DNA of 57,129 bases, taken from contig JAIFNI010000061.1 in the NCBI GenBank assembly GCA_020047785.1, positions 1-57,129 of the forward strand, read 5' to 3'. This stretch comes from Clostridia bacterium (GTDB lineage Bacteria > Bacillota > Clostridia > DSM-8532). The notes under the pieces were generated by a model, which worked only from the letters and a program-made list of their open reading frames with translations, did no database searches and was not told the DNA's origin. A program made the position numbers and the translations under genes. Below are positions 55,065-57,129 of the stretch, in pieces; the stretch's first letter is position 1, and every line of letters starts with the position of its first letter.

Positions 55065-56114
55065 CTATTCTCCACGATGTGCCCGACAGGCCTCCACCAT
55101 CGCCAGATACCCGGAAACCGGCACATAGTCCGGTATCGAATTCCCCGAACCCAGTGCAAAACCGCCATGCCCGATGGAAGCGTCCATGACATCACGAACC
55201 ATCTGGCCGATTTCTGTTTCGGATTTCTGACAAAGGTGATCCGTGTCAATCCCGCCGAAATTCCCGATCCGGCTGCCATACCGTTCGAACCAGGTCGTGA
55301 AGGGGGCAATCTGATCTTCGTTCGAGTGTTTCGCATCAATGCCGACCTCTTCGATCAGCTCTTCCATCACATCGAAAATAGAGCCGCAGGAATGCAGCAG
55401 GAAAGGTTTTTCATAGGAATGAACCAGATTCACGATGCGTTTGTACTGAGGCAGAATATGCGTGCGGATATCTGCCGCAGAAAGAAGCGTGGTTGACTTG
55501 AAGCCAAGATCATCCCCGAAGCGAAGGACGCAGAAGTCATCCGCATACAGGCGCATGAAACGGTCCCAGATGGCGAGACTTACATCGCCGACGCGTACGA
55601 ACAGCTCCGCATACAATTCCGGATCATCCATCCCCAGATAGCACAGGTCCGTGAAGCCGACCAGATCCTGTACGCATTCGAAAACACCATTCCCGACCCC
55701 GCCGATTGCTTTCATGCCTGGCGGAAGGGTTTCATGCAGGGCGTCGAACAATCCCGCATGCGCCTTGAAATACAGTTCGGGAACCTCCGACCACGGATAA
55801 CGCTCATAATCGGCCCGGTTCCGGATGACGCCCGGTTTGTGTCCGCCAAGCGCACCGCTGCCCGGCATGGCGGGACCGATGCATTGTTCGAACGTGACCG
55901 TGTCATACCCCATGGTTCGATAGAATTCGCAGTACTGGCGCATGCACTCCTGCCGATCCGCAGCATCTCCGTCTGCAAGATGCCCGAACTGCCGGCCGGT
56001 GATGCGTTCCATTGTACCGAAGCTGATGAGGTGTTCATAAAGCGGTATACGGGGAACGGCCTGGTTTCTGGCCACTTTTTCGATATTCCGGTAGTCCGGC
56101 GTGAACAAGCGCAT
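55065..56114 (-). CDS. URO-D (uroporphyrinogen decarboxylase / MtaA-like) family protein
   Basis: 349-aa ORF, GGGAGG RBS. LLHSCGSIFDVMEELIEEVGIDAKH pattern. Confidence 0.7.
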   Translation of the reverse strand: MRLFTPDYRNIEKVARNQAVPRIPLYEHLISFGTMERITGRQFGHLADGDAADRQECMRQYCEFYRTMGYDTVTFEQCIGPAMPGSGALGGHKPGVIRNRADYERYPWSEVPELYFKAHAGLFDALHETLPPGMKAIGGVGNGVFECVQDLVGFTDLCYLGMDDPELYAELFVRVGDVSLAIWDRFMRLYADDFCVLRFGDDLGFKSTTLLSAADIRTHILPQYKRIVNLVHSYEKPFLLHSCGSIFDVMEELIEEVGIDAKHSNEDQIAPFTTWFERYGSRIGNFGGIDTDHLCQKSETEIGQMVRDVMDASIGHGGFALGSGNSIPDYVPVSGYLAMVEACRAHRGE

Positions 56115-56297
56115 GATGATCCTCCCGAAGGCCCGTCGGTCTTATTTTGCTCGCGGTCCATCGCAACAAGCATATCCGACGAAAAACCTTCAGTCTCAGG
56201 TTGACTTGTTATCAACTTTGCACTATTTGCTTCTTATGGCAATTCAGGCATTCCTTTTGTCATCAGGTACGCAGCCGCGACAGAAACAGATGGAGGT

Positions 56298-57129
56298 TTA
56301 CAGAAGGAACGCTGCATAGAGCGGAATGCTCAGGATTGATTCCGACCAGCCGAAATTCCGGCCGGACAACCGTACGGAATAAGGTGGACGATACTTTCCG
56401 ACATAGACCCCCAGGGATTTTGATTTCGTGTTTTCAGCTGCCTTGACTTCAATAGGAATGGCTGCCCCTTCCTTCGCAACAACAAAATCGATTTCCGCCT
56501 TGCCATCGGATTCCCAGTAGAACAGCTCATAACCCTTTCGCTGCAATGCGCAGGCCACATAATTCTCGATCAGACTGCCGCGGAATCCGCTCGCGTGATG
56601 AGGCGATGGATTCAGGGACTCCGGCGTTGCCTTGGTCCGGGCGGCCAGAAGACCCACATCCGACAGATAAACCTTGAACGAGGAAATATCCATCTGAGAT
56701 GCCGGGGGAAAGAAACCATGCTCAATTTTCCTGCACATCAGGATGGTTCCGCTCGCTTTCAGACAGTCCATCGATGCACCGAAATAGCTGGAGGACGCAC
56801 CTTTTTTGTTTTGCCTTGACGACTGCAGGCATTCCGCCCAAAAGCAAATAATTCCTCAATTCGCCCATCAACGAGTCGTGAAGAAAGGATGGCAACTCGA
56901 CATGGGTCTTCCAGGCTTCCCGGATCCGCCCAACCTCTGTCTCTTTTCCACTTGCCATCAGGCATTCCTCAAAATCCATCGGGTATAATTGAAGAACCTC
57001 AACTTTTCCGACCGGAAAAGAAAACTTCTGTCGATTGACAGCGAAACCCAGCAGACTGCCTGCAGCCATCACATCCAGTTCCGGACAATCTTCGGCAAAG
57101 TATTTCAATGCCGTCAGCGCACGTTCACA
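56298..57129 (-). pseudogene. DUF4143/AAA ATPase gene, 5' end outside the window, frameshifted in a homopolymer run
   Basis: ORFs 56722..57108 (frame stays open to the window edge) and 56298..56771 join into one frame if one base is removed from the T6 run at 56802-56807. C-terminal tail ...SKSLGVYVGKYRPP...SIPLYAAFLL. Confidence 0.7.

Overview
This 57.1-kb chromosomal window reads like a Firmicutes/Clostridia-type genome. It has an SLH-domain surface protein, YesMN-type and OmpR-type two-component systems, a CcdA/TlpA/MsrAB locus, and strong GGAGG ribosome-binding sites. I call about 50 protein genes, mostly for carbohydrate catabolism. These include an L-rhamnose block (rhaB, rhaA, two class II aldolase-fold genes) and a DeoR-linked block of unassigned sugar or amino-sugar enzymes. 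There is also a cheV-headed block with an amidase and a GHL6-like hydrolase, a MerR-controlled GPH-symporter/GH5 operon, and three tandem URO-D-fold paralogues. Other genes include a C11-peptidase/SLH/LTD surface protein, a MacAB-like exporter and a membrane-anchored MsrAB. Several genes are decayed: a TlpA-like oxidoreductase split by a 25-bp duplication, an ECF-S/kinase chimera, a GGDEF remnant and two DUF4143-ATPase remnants. I recognised no rRNA, tRNA, CRISPR array, transposase or integrase. Two things stand out. (i) Two copies (about 205 and 213 nt) of an element built from seven abutting near-perfect stem-loops enclosed by a long-range helix. Every stem difference between the copies is compensated, and the copies bracket an AT-richer COG1373/DUF4143 ATPase gene wedged between the exporter and its probable two-component system. 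(ii) A second repeat family (3 units, 2 loci, both orientations) with a conserved 5' core followed by a hairpin whose stem sequence differs between units but stays paired. All functional calls rest on motif recognition by eye; no database search or computation was run.
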